NCBI GenBank assembly: GCA_050742255.1
Contig: JBOGHU010000127.1
Location: forward strand, 1 to 55,920
Length of the DNA: 55,920 nt
Reading direction: 5' to 3'
Origin: Acidimicrobiales bacterium
GTDB lineage: Bacteria; Actinomycetota; Acidimicrobiia; Acidimicrobiales; CADCSY01
In this document: piece after piece, positions 35,778-44,144 of the stretch
How positions within the stretch are numbered: the stretch's first letter is position 1
Layout: each line of letters opens with the position of its first letter
The notes under the pieces: generated by a model
Databases searched by the model: none
What the model was told of the DNA's origin: nothing
The model's input: the letters and a program-made list of their open reading frames with translations, nothing else
Made by a program: the position numbers and the translations under genes

Positions 35778-36788
35778 ATGCGGCGACGCGGCGTCGTCAG
35801 GGCGCTCGTCGTGGCGTTGAGCGTGGGGATGGCCACTGCCGCGCCGCCATCCCTGGCCCGGGTGGACGGGCCGGCCATGCCCTCGACAGACGGCCCGATG
35901 AAGGACCGGGAGTGGAGAGCGCCCGTGGTCACGGGAGCGGTCCTGGCTGCGGTCCTGGCTGCGGTCCTGGCCTTGATCTTCTCTCCCGAGCTGGATCGGC
36001 TGCTGTCCACGGTCAGCCCTGTCGAGCTCGGGGGTTCCGGGGAGCAGGAAGCGGGGGGAGCCCCGGAGTCGGGACCGAGCCGACCGCCTGCGACTGGCCT
36101 CAACGACTGGGCATGTACGCCATCCGAGCAGCACCCGTTCCCCATCGTGCTGGTCCATGGTACGCAAGGGTCGGTCGACGGCGACTGGTCCTCCCTCGCG
36201 CCGGTGCTCCTGGCCGAGGGCTACTGCACGTTCGCCCTCGAGTACGGGAACCGGGGGACGGGCCCTGTCGCCGAGTCTGCTGAGGAGCTGGCGAGGTTCG
36301 TCGACGCGGTCCTGTCGGCGACGGGAGCCGGCAGGGTCAGCATCGTCGGGTACAGCCAAGGCGGGATGATGCCCCGCTTCTACCTGCGCTTCCTCGTCGC
36401 CCAGCCTGCACCGGTCGAGGATCTAGTCGGACTGGCCCCGGCGAACCACGGGACCAACTGCTGCCTGAGCAGCTGTGGTCCTGCGTGCGATGACCAGAGG
36501 GCAGGCTCAGACCTCCTGCGGATGCTCAACCAGGGCGGCGACGTGGTCGACGGGGTCGACTACACCGTGATCGCCACGCGTCACGACGAGCTGGTCCGGC
36601 CCGTCGCCAGCCAGTTCCTCTCGGGACCGAGGGAGCGGGTCACCAACGTCCTCCTCCAGGAGCGGTGCCCGGGCAACCAGGCGACGCACGCTTCAATCGT
36701 CGAGGATCACGTTGCCTTCCAGTGGGTGCTCGATGCCCTCGATCGGACGGGGCCGGCCGATCCCGGCTTGGTCCCCCGGTGTCGATGA
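35778..36788 (+). CDS. secreted/anchored alpha/beta hydrolase (class 2 lipase/esterase-like)
   Basis: ATG 35778 after GGGGAGGGG. N-terminal signal, hydrophobic AVLAAVLAAVLA segment. PIVLVHGT and GYSQGG nucleophile elbow. Confidence 0.75.
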   Translation: MRRRGVVRALVVALSVGMATAAPPSLARVDGPAMPSTDGPMKDREWRAPVVTGAVLAAVLAAVLALIFSPELDRLLSTVSPVELGGSGEQEAGGAPESGPSRPPATGLNDWACTPSEQHPFPIVLVHGTQGSVDGDWSSLAPVLLAEGYCTFALEYGNRGTGPVAESAEELARFVDAVLSATGAGRVSIVGYSQGGMMPRFYLRFLVAQPAPVEDLVGLAPANHGTNCCLSSCGPACDDQRAGSDLLRMLNQGGDVVDGVDYTVIATRHDELVRPVASQFLSGPRERVTNVLLQERCPGNQATHASIVEDHVAFQWVLDALDRTGPADPGLVPRCR

Positions 36789-36873
36789 CCCCTGCCTGCC
36801 CTCGCCCTGAGGTCCGTCCTCTGGCCGTGCCCGAGCCGGCCGGCGATGTCCGGCTCTGGGGCTGAACCCCGCC

Positions 36874-36970
36874 GGCGACGGAATTCTGGCTCTGGCGACG
36901 ACTCGATAATCGTGGCGCCCTCCACGCAGCGACTCGACCGGCACTAGCTAGCCCAGCTCCCTCCTCGAGG
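36874..36970 (+). promoter_or_regulatory. promoter-like repeat, copy A (GATAAT -10-like box at 36905..36910)
   Basis: ggcgacggaattctggctctggcgacgactcgataat... recurs at 41251..41340, as does a distal gctccctcctcgagg block. Lies about 160 nt upstream of the ACP gene. Confidence 0.45.
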
Positions 36971-37066
36971 TGGTCCGAATGGGCCGTTCGTTGACCAAGG
37001 AGCGGTGTCACGGTGTCGGCGGGAAGCCCGCGAGTTGGGCCCGATGACGCAAGAGGGGAGCATTTG

Positions 37067-37357
37067 GTGTCAACGGACGATCGTGTGGTGGAGCTCGTCA
37101 TCGATGTCGCCAGGGAGCTGAACGGCAGCCTCGACGTCGAGATCGATGTGGGGCGGGGAGCCGAAGCGCTGCTCTTCGGTCAGGACGGTGCCCTGGACTC
37201 CCTGGGGCTCGTGATGCTCCTCGTCGACGTCGAGCAGGCTGTGGAGGAGCGCCTGGGCCAGTCCCTGACCCTTGCGGACGATGCGGCCCTGTCTCAGGCC
37301 CGGAGTCCCTTCCGTTCCATCGGGTCGCTGGCCCGGTACGTGGAGAGTCGGCTCTAA
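37067..37357 (+). CDS. acyl carrier protein
   Basis: GTG 37067, 7 nt after AGAGGGGAG. About 96 aa, acidic, with a DSLGLV phosphopantetheine-attachment motif. Confidence 0.8.
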   Translation: MSTDDRVVELVIDVARELNGSLDVEIDVGRGAEALLFGQDGALDSLGLVMLLVDVEQAVEERLGQSLTLADDAALSQARSPFRSIGSLARYVESRL

Positions 37358-37405
37358 AGTGGCGGGCCGGGCCCGGAGGGGCGGGGACGCGACCGGGAGG
37401 CAGGC

Positions 37406-38104
37406 GTGCCGCCCGTCACCCTGATAACCGGCGCCCGCGCCGGCATCGGCCGCTCGCTGGCCGAGCACTACGCCGTCCTCGGGCATGCCGTCGTGGGCTG
37501 CAGTCGCAACCCCGTGGACTGGTCACTGGAGGGGTACGAGCACCACGTCGCCGACGTCGCCGATCCGGATGCGGTCGGGAGGATGTTCGCGGAGATCCGG
37601 AGGCGATTCGGGGCCATCGACCACGTCGTCAACAACGCCGGGATCGCATCGATGAACCATGCGCTCCTCACCCCCTCCACGACGGTCGAGCGGATCCTCA
37701 GCACCAATGTCGCCGGGACGTTCCTGGTGGCCCGGGAAGCAGCGAAGATCATGGCCCGTCGGGGCTGGGGGAGGATCGTGAACCTGTCGACGGTGGCGGT
37801 ACCCCTGCGGCTTGCCGGCGAGGCAGCCTACGTCGCATCGAAGGCGGCCGTAGTCATGCTGACGCAGGTCCTCTCGAAGGAGTTCGCCCCGTTCGGGATC
37901 ACGGTCAACGCCGTGGGGCCGGGACCCATGCGGACGCATCTCACGGAGGGAGTGCCCGAGCCCAAGCTGGAGCAGCTGCTCGATCAACAGGCCATTCACC
38001 GCTTCGCAACGGTCTCGGATGTGGTCAACGTGGTCGACTTCTTCCTTCGCAGGGAGAGCGACTTCGTCACCGGTCAGACCGTCTACCTCGGGGGGGTCGC
38101 GTGA
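37406..38104 (+). CDS. SDR oxidoreductase (3-oxoacyl-ACP reductase-like)
   Basis: TGARAGIG, NNAG, YVASK motifs. GTG start after GGGAGG. Confidence 0.85.
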   Translation: MPPVTLITGARAGIGRSLAEHYAVLGHAVVGCSRNPVDWSLEGYEHHVADVADPDAVGRMFAEIRRRFGAIDHVVNNAGIASMNHALLTPSTTVERILSTNVAGTFLVAREAAKIMARRGWGRIVNLSTVAVPLRLAGEAAYVASKAAVVMLTQVLSKEFAPFGITVNAVGPGPMRTHLTEGVPEPKLEQLLDQQAIHRFATVSDVVNVVDFFLRRESDFVTGQTVYLGGVA

Positions 38105-39471
38105 TGGGGTTGACCGATCGCGTGGAGGCGTTCTCCGACCGGACGGCGATGGTTCACCGGGACGTGGCCCACTCCTACGCCCGGCTGGCGCGACGGGCGC
38201 GTGAGTGGTCTGCCCTGCTCGCCGACCGGGGCATCCCGGAGGGGTCCACCGTCTCGGTGACCGGCGACTTCGATCCCGAGACGGTTGCCGCGTTGATGGC
38301 CCTGATCGATCACCGCTGCATGGTCGTGCCCCTGCTGTCTGGCCCCAGGCCTGGCCGGGTGGAGGCGCTCGAGACGGCTCAGGTCCAGTGGGAGCTCGAT
38401 CTCATGGCGCAGCAGCCCTCGATCAGTCGCACCGGCCGGACGGTCGACCACGAGCTGCTCCTCGCCCTCCGTCGCAGTGCCCATGCGGGGATCGTCCTGT
38501 ACTCCTCCGGCTCCGCTGGGACGACCAAGGCGGTCCTCCACGACTGCGACCGTCTCCTCCGCCGGTTCGACCGGCCGTCCCGAGCCCTGCGGACGCTGGC
38601 GTTCCTGCTGTTCGACCACATCGGAGGGCTCAACACCCTGCTCCACACGCTTCTCAACGGCGGCTGCCTGGTCGTCGTCTCCGAGCGTTCCCCGGACCAT
38701 GTGTGTGCCGCAGTGGAGCGACACCGCGTCACGCTGCTGCCGACATCCCCGACCTTTCTCAACCAGCTGATCCTGTCGGAGGCCGCCCACCGCCACGACC
38801 TCAGCTCGCTCACCCTGATCACGTACGGAACCGAGGTCATGCCCGAGGTGACTCTCCGGAGGATGGAGGCCCTGTTGCCCTGGGTCCGCCTCAAGCAGAC
38901 CTACGGGCTCTCCGAGGTCGGCATCCTCCCCTCCCTCTCCCCCTCGTCCACGTCCACCCGGCTGCAGCTGGGAGGCAGGGATGGCTACGAGACCCGGGTC
39001 GTCGATGGGCTGCTCGAGGTCCGGGCTCCGTCGGCGATGCTCGGATACCTCAACGCCCCCAGCCCCTTCACCCCCGACGGCTGGTTCCGCACGGGCGACG
39101 CGGTCCAGGTCGAGGGTGAATCCCTGCGCGTGCTCGGGAGGAGGTCGGAGATGATCAACGTCGGTGGAGAGAAGGTGTTCCCCGCCGAGATCGAGAGCGT
39201 GATCATCGGGATGGACGGCGTGGAGGACGTGACGGTCTCCGGCGAGCCGAACGCCCTCGTGGGCCAGATCGTGGCCGCACGGGTGAAGCTGTCCCCGACC
39301 GAACCTGCCGACGGCTTCAGGAACCGCCTGCGCCACTTCTGCAAGGGCAAGCTGGAGCCCTTCAAGGTGCCGCAACGCATCGAGCTCGTCGACCACCCTC
39401 TGCACGGCGCCCGGTACAAGAAGCTCCGAAGCGAGGGGGAACGAACGACACGCCCCGAGGTTGCCGTCTGA
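38101..39471 (+). CDS. AMP-dependent synthetase/ligase (acyl-CoA or acyl-ACP ligase)
   Basis: GTGA overlap with the upstream gene. YSSGSAGTTKAV AMP-binding core, YGTEV, GDAV...GRRSEMINVGGEKV. Confidence 0.88.
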   Translation: MMGLTDRVEAFSDRTAMVHRDVAHSYARLARRAREWSALLADRGIPEGSTVSVTGDFDPETVAALMALIDHRCMVVPLLSGPRPGRVEALETAQVQWELDLMAQQPSISRTGRTVDHELLLALRRSAHAGIVLYSSGSAGTTKAVLHDCDRLLRRFDRPSRALRTLAFLLFDHIGGLNTLLHTLLNGGCLVVVSERSPDHVCAAVERHRVTLLPTSPTFLNQLILSEAAHRHDLSSLTLITYGTEVMPEVTLRRMEALLPWVRLKQTYGLSEVGILPSLSPSSTSTRLQLGGRDGYETRVVDGLLEVRAPSAMLGYLNAPSPFTPDGWFRTGDAVQVEGESLRVLGRRSEMINVGGEKVFPAEIESVIIGMDGVEDVTVSGEPNALVGQIVAARVKLSPTEPADGFRNRLRHFCKGKLEPFKVPQRIELVDHPLHGARYKKLRSEGERTTRPEVAV

Positions 39472-39718
39472 TGGGCACCCGGCACCAACCACCGTGAACC
39501 AGGAGGGAGCCCGTGTAGGTGGCCGGGGCGGGCCTGGCGGGCTCCGGCCCACCACCGTCACCCGGCCACCCGAGCCGGCCCTGCCCTCTGCCGGCGCTGA
39601 TCCGCCGGCTGTGTCCCACCCGCTGCCTGACATGCCCCCACCCCGAGCCGGCGGTCGATCGTCCGCGCCCGATGTCGGACGCAGTCGCCGGGGCCGTGGA
39701 GGCAGGGGAGGCGCAACC

Positions 39719-41056
39719 TTGATCAGTGCCGTGCTCACCGGCCGACCTGCGCCTGGCAGGCGGCTGCCCGAGGGGGCCCTGTCGGTGGGTGGCGGCTTCG
39801 TCGTCTCCGGCCTGACCGTCTACGGGTTCTTGGTCCTCTCCGCCCGCGCCGTGGGACCCGAGCAATACGTCGCCATATCGGTGCTGTACTCCCTGGTGTC
39901 GATCGTGGCGTTCGGCTGCTTCCTCCCGCTGGAGCAGGAGGTCAGTCGGATCCTGTCGGCCCGCGCCACCCTGGGCATCGGCGGAGGCGCGCTCGTCCGC
40001 CGGGCCGTCCTGGCGTCCGGGATGCTGTCCGCGGTGCTGCTCGGGGCCGCCTTCGTCGGGGCCGGGCCGCTGCTCGACCACGCCTTCGACCGCCAGCCTG
40101 TCCTCCTGGCAGCGTTCGCCATCTCGCTGGTGAGCTACGGTCCGGCCCACCTCACCCGCGGCGTCCTGCTGGGAAATCGCCGGTTCCGCGCCTACGGCCT
40201 GTTCCTGAGTGGTGAAGGCATCCTGCGGTTCATGGCGTGCGGCGCCCTCTTGGCCCTCGGCGTCCGCACATCTGGCCCCTTCGGCCTGTTGATCGGGCTG
40301 CCGCCGCTGCTCGCCGTGGCCATGGTCCTGTTCCGGGAGCGGGGCCTGATCACACCTGGACCGGACACGCCCTTGAGGGAGCTGTTCGGCGCTCTCGGCT
40401 TCCTGTTCGCGGGGTCCATGCTCTCTCAGCTGCTCCTCCACGCCGCACCGGTGGCGGTGAAGTTGCTGGCGGACGACAGCCAGCAGAGGATCGCCGGTCA
40501 GTTCCTGGCCGGACTGGTCGTGGCCAGGGTCCCGATCTTCCTCTTCCAGGCCGTGCTGGCCGCGCTCCTGCTCAAGCTGGCGTCCCTGGCCGCCGCCGGG
40601 CGTCACCGCGACTTCTCCCTGGGGCTCCGGCGAGTCGTGCTCCTCGTCGTGGCCCTCGGCGGAGCGGCTAGCATCGCCGGGCTCCTCGTTGGTCCCGAGG
40701 TCATGCGGATCCTCTTCGGCGCCGAGTTCTCGCTCGACCGGCTCGACCTGGTCTTCCTCATCGTCGCCAGCGCCGCATTCATGGTGGCCCACACGTTGGG
40801 CCAGGCGCTGATCGCCCTCTCCGGCCATGCCCGGGTCACCGTCGGGTGGCTGCTCGGGGTGGTGGCGTTCGTGGTCGTCACCTGGGCCGTCTCCGACCTG
40901 CTGCTCCGGGTCGAGCTGGGGCTGCTGGCCGGTTCTGCGACCGGGGCGGCGGCGATGGCGATCCTGCTGCGGGGCGTCACGCGAGCGGTGCCTCGTGCGG
41001 GCGTTCCGGGGCAGGTGACGTCTCCGTGCCCATCGGCCCCTGGCGTGCGCCCCTGA
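39719..41056 (+). CDS. polysaccharide/oligosaccharide flippase (MOP/Wzx family)
   Basis: TTG 39719 after GGAGGCAGGGGAGG (start uncertain; the ORF opens at 39461). About 12 hydrophobic helices in a Wzx-like pattern. Confidence 0.7.
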   Translation: MISAVLTGRPAPGRRLPEGALSVGGGFVVSGLTVYGFLVLSARAVGPEQYVAISVLYSLVSIVAFGCFLPLEQEVSRILSARATLGIGGGALVRRAVLASGMLSAVLLGAAFVGAGPLLDHAFDRQPVLLAAFAISLVSYGPAHLTRGVLLGNRRFRAYGLFLSGEGILRFMACGALLALGVRTSGPFGLLIGLPPLLAVAMVLFRERGLITPGPDTPLRELFGALGFLFAGSMLSQLLLHAAPVAVKLLADDSQQRIAGQFLAGLVVARVPIFLFQAVLAALLLKLASLAAAGRHRDFSLGLRRVVLLVVALGGAASIAGLLVGPEVMRILFGAEFSLDRLDLVFLIVASAAFMVAHTLGQALIALSGHARVTVGWLLGVVAFVVVTWAVSDLLLRVELGLLAGSATGAAAMAILLRGVTRAVPRAGVPGQVTSPCPSAPGVRP

Positions 41057-41115
41057 CCTCTCCTGTCCCCGGCAACCGAGCCCCAACCCATCAGGCGCCA
41101 CCCGGAGCTCAGCTA

Positions 41116-41149
41116 GCGCCGTGCCTGCGAGCGTCCGCAGGCACGGCGC
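41116..41149 (+). terminator. terminator-like perfect hairpin after the flippase gene
   Basis: 14-bp stem gcgccgtgcctgcg / cgcaggcacggcgc with a 6-nt loop and no U-tract. Shares the 15-mer gccgtgcctgcgagc with the right arm of the MITE-like element. Confidence 0.5.
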
Positions 41150-41250
41150 CGGCCGGGGTGCCGGGAGAAGGCGGTTGGCGACATGGGGTCGCTCAAGGAA
41201 GGCACGAGGCCGGGCCAGCCGCGATCCGGACCACGCCTGCCACGGGCGAC

Positions 41251-41340
41251 GGCGACGGAATTCTCGCTCTGGCAGCGACTCGATAATGATGACCTCCACG
41301 CCGCCACGCGATCGGGCCGAGGCCGGCTCCCTCCTCGAGG
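41251..41340 (+). promoter_or_regulatory. promoter-like repeat, copy B (GATAAT at 41282..41287)
   Basis: See copy A. Overlaps the first ATG codons (41286, 41289) of the long synthase ORF. Confidence 0.45.
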
Positions 41341-44108
41341 CGATCCGCAGGCGGACGGGCCCTGCCACCAGGACGGTGCTGCGGCTGCTTCCGTGGACCA
41401 ACTCCAGCGCGCCCGGGCGCCAACGCGAGGGGGTGGCGGCGCCAGTCAGCCCGGACCGGAAGGCGTCGCCTCCGAGGGGGGGGTCCGGACGGCTCAGACC
41501 GAACCAGGAGACGCTTGGCATCGCGGCCGTGGTCGTCGCGGTGGCGCTCGGCTATCGCCATTCGCTGGGCAGCCTGCTCGGGTGGGTGGAGGGGATCGAA
41601 CCCTACCCTCACCTCGCTCTGGTGCCCCTCGCCGGCCTCGTGCTGTTCGTCTCCCGTGCCCCCACTCCCGCCGACGAGACGCCGATCTACGACCGCCAGC
41701 TCGACTACATCGTCGGGACGCCCCTCCTCGTCGGTGCCATCGTCGCCATGGCGTTCTTTCCCGCCGACGCCGGCCTGAGGGAGTGGGGCCTCGACCTGTT
41801 GACCCTTCCGCTGTTCGCAGCGGGTGCCGTGGGGATCGTGCTGGGGGTCCGCGCCCTGTGGCGCCTCGCTCCCACGCTGGGGTTCTGGTGCCTCGCCTGG
41901 CCGCCGCTCTACGAGCTGTTGGCGACGATGGTCTCGTCTGCCGCCACGGCGTCGACCGGCCTCGTGTACGGGGTGCTGTCGGCCGTCCTGCCGTGGGATC
42001 GACCCGGCATCGATCTCGACTCCCTCACCGGCACCGGCTTCGGCGGTGTCGAGCTCGATGTGCCGGTCGCTCTCGTGGTGGTCGGTGTGGCCCTGGCCGT
42101 CGGCTCCTGCAGGAGGCCCTCCCGGTGGCTCCTCGGGGTGGCCGCCAGCCTCGGCGTCGCCTGCCTCGCGAGCCTCCTGGTGGTCACGACATCCTCCCTG
42201 CTCATCGGCGCCGCCGGCGAGGAGGCGCTCGGCGGCCCGCTCGACGCCCTCATCGGGCTCCTGGCGCTAGCCGGTGCGCTGTCCCTGATGTGGTGGACGT
42301 GGCGCTCAGGGCGGGCCCTCGCCGAAGCCCACGACCCCGGTGAGGCCGGTGTCGGTTCGCCCCGTCCCGTCCCCCACCCGTCCCTGGCCGCCGGCTTGAT
42401 CCTCGCCGCCGCGCTGGCGGTGGCCATGGCGGCGCCTGCCTCAGGGACCGGGCCCCTCGACCTCGCCGGAGGCTCCCCGGCCACGGAGGGCTTCTCCCCC
42501 GAGACCGGGGTCGCCCAGTCGGCGGGACCGACGCTTCCGCGGGCGCCCGTCCCCTGGGACATCGTGGCGGCGCTGGTCGCCCTGGGGGCGTTGGCGGTGG
42601 TGCGCTTCACCGTCGCCGACCTCCGCCAGCCCGGGCGCAAGCGGAGGGCGAGAGGGAACGGGCCCTCGCTGCCGGCGCTGCCGCCGGATGTCGAGGACCT
42701 CCCCGAGCTGCCAGCCCATCTGAGCGCCAGGCAGACCTTCAGCCCCGGGACGGTGCGGGTGTTCGTGGTGGTCGGGATCAGCTTCGCCCTGCTCCTCGTG
42801 GGCGCCCAGCGCGCCACCATGATCGGGCTGGCGGGTCTGTCGACGGTGCTCTACGTGCTGACCGTGGGATACCGGGTCCTGATCTTCCGCCAATCGGTCA
42901 GGCAACCCACCCTGGTAACGATCACCGACGACCACGCCCGCTCCATCCCCGACGGTGAGCTGCCTCTCTACACCGTCCTCATCGCCGCCTACAAGGAGCC
43001 CGAGGTCATCGGCCACCTCATCACCGCCGTCGACGCCCTCGAGTACCCGCGCTCACGCCTCGAGGTCAAGCTGTTGCTCGAGGCGGACGACGAGGAGACC
43101 ATCGCCGCCGCGGTGGCCGCCCGCCCGGGGCCGCACATCGAGATCGTGGCCGTCCCGGTGTCGGACCCGAGGACCAAGCCCAAGGCGCTCAACTACGGCC
43201 TACGCCGGTCGCGTGGCGAGCTGCTCACGATCTTCGACGCCGAGGACCTCCCCGAGCCCCTCCAGTTGCGCAAGGCGGCGGTGGCCTTCTCGCTGGCGCC
43301 CGATTCGCTCGCCTGCCTCCAGGCGAAGCTGGCCTATCACAACTCCTCGCAGAACATCATCACGAGGTGGTTCACGGCCGAGTACGCGTCATGGTTCTCG
43401 TGGTTCCTCCCCGGGCTGCTGGCCATGGGGGCGCCGCTTCCGCTCGGCGGCACCTCCAACCACTTCCGCCGCTCCGTCCTCGAGGAGGTTGGGGCGTGGG
43501 ACTCCTACAACGTGACCGAGGACGCCGACCTCGGCATCCGCCTCCAGAGGAGCGGCTGGAAGTGCGCCATCCTCGACTCCGTCACCCTCGAGGAAGCGAA
43601 CAGCGACTTCGTCAACTGGTCCCGGCAGCGGTCCCGGTGGCTCAAGGGCTACATGCAGACCTGGCTGGTCCACTCCCGGCACCCTCGCCAGCTGTACCGA
43701 GATCTCGGACCGAGGGGGTTCCTGGGGTTCCACCTGTTCGTGGGCGGCACTCCGATCCTCTCCCTGGTCAACCCGGTCTTCTGGGCCCTGACCCTCGTGT
43801 GGATGACCGGTCAGCCGGAGTTCATCCAGGACATGTTCCCGCTGGCGCTCTACTACACCGCGTTCGCGTGCTGGGCCCTCGGAAACTTCAGCATCGTCTA
43901 CATCAACCTGATCGCTGTCCGCACCAACGGGATCCCGGAGCTGGCCCTGGCTGCCCTGCTGGAGCCCGTCTACTGGATCATGATCTCGATGGCCGGTGTG
44001 AAGGCCGTCGTGCAGCTCGTGTCCCGTCCGAGCTTCTGGGAGAAGACCGAGCACGGTCTCATCCGCAAGGACGAGCCCGCTCCCCGGTCCGAGCTGGCCG
44101 GGGCATGA
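41286..44108 (+). CDS. fusion protein: exosortase/archaeosortase-like polytopic N-domain plus processive family 2 glycosyltransferase (synthase)
   Basis: GT2 half: YTVLIAAYKE, DAED, TEDADLG, and the processive-synthase motif SRQRSRWLKG (Q-x-x-R-W) followed by TM helices. N-half (about 41.5-42.4 kb): 8-9 TM helices opening GYRHSLGSLLGWVEGIEPYPHLALVPL, like exosortase N-termini. The true start may be downstream of 41286. Confidence 0.75.
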   Translation: MMTSTPPRDRAEAGSLLEAIRRRTGPATRTVLRLLPWTNSSAPGRQREGVAAPVSPDRKASPPRGGSGRLRPNQETLGIAAVVVAVALGYRHSLGSLLGWVEGIEPYPHLALVPLAGLVLFVSRAPTPADETPIYDRQLDYIVGTPLLVGAIVAMAFFPADAGLREWGLDLLTLPLFAAGAVGIVLGVRALWRLAPTLGFWCLAWPPLYELLATMVSSAATASTGLVYGVLSAVLPWDRPGIDLDSLTGTGFGGVELDVPVALVVVGVALAVGSCRRPSRWLLGVAASLGVACLASLLVVTTSSLLIGAAGEEALGGPLDALIGLLALAGALSLMWWTWRSGRALAEAHDPGEAGVGSPRPVPHPSLAAGLILAAALAVAMAAPASGTGPLDLAGGSPATEGFSPETGVAQSAGPTLPRAPVPWDIVAALVALGALAVVRFTVADLRQPGRKRRARGNGPSLPALPPDVEDLPELPAHLSARQTFSPGTVRVFVVVGISFALLLVGAQRATMIGLAGLSTVLYVLTVGYRVLIFRQSVRQPTLVTITDDHARSIPDGELPLYTVLIAAYKEPEVIGHLITAVDALEYPRSRLEVKLLLEADDEETIAAAVAARPGPHIEIVAVPVSDPRTKPKALNYGLRRSRGELLTIFDAEDLPEPLQLRKAAVAFSLAPDSLACLQAKLAYHNSSQNIITRWFTAEYASWFSWFLPGLLAMGAPLPLGGTSNHFRRSVLEEVGAWDSYNVTEDADLGIRLQRSGWKCAILDSVTLEEANSDFVNWSRQRSRWLKGYMQTWLVHSRHPRQLYRDLGPRGFLGFHLFVGGTPILSLVNPVFWALTLVWMTGQPEFIQDMFPLALYYTAFACWALGNFSIVYINLIAVRTNGIPELALAALLEPVYWIMISMAGVKAVVQLVSRPSFWEKTEHGLIRKDEPAPRSELAGA

Positions 44109-44144
44109 TGGCAGGGCCTGCCAACGGACGTCCGGGGGGCGGCG

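Noticed and set aside
41588-41602. Minus-strand AGGGTTCGATCCCC, resembling a tRNA T-arm and so a potential tRNA or att site near the island's end.
   Set aside because: No acceptor, D or anticodon arms can be folded around it. The flanking stem has only 4 bp. It lies inside the well-supported synthase reading frame.
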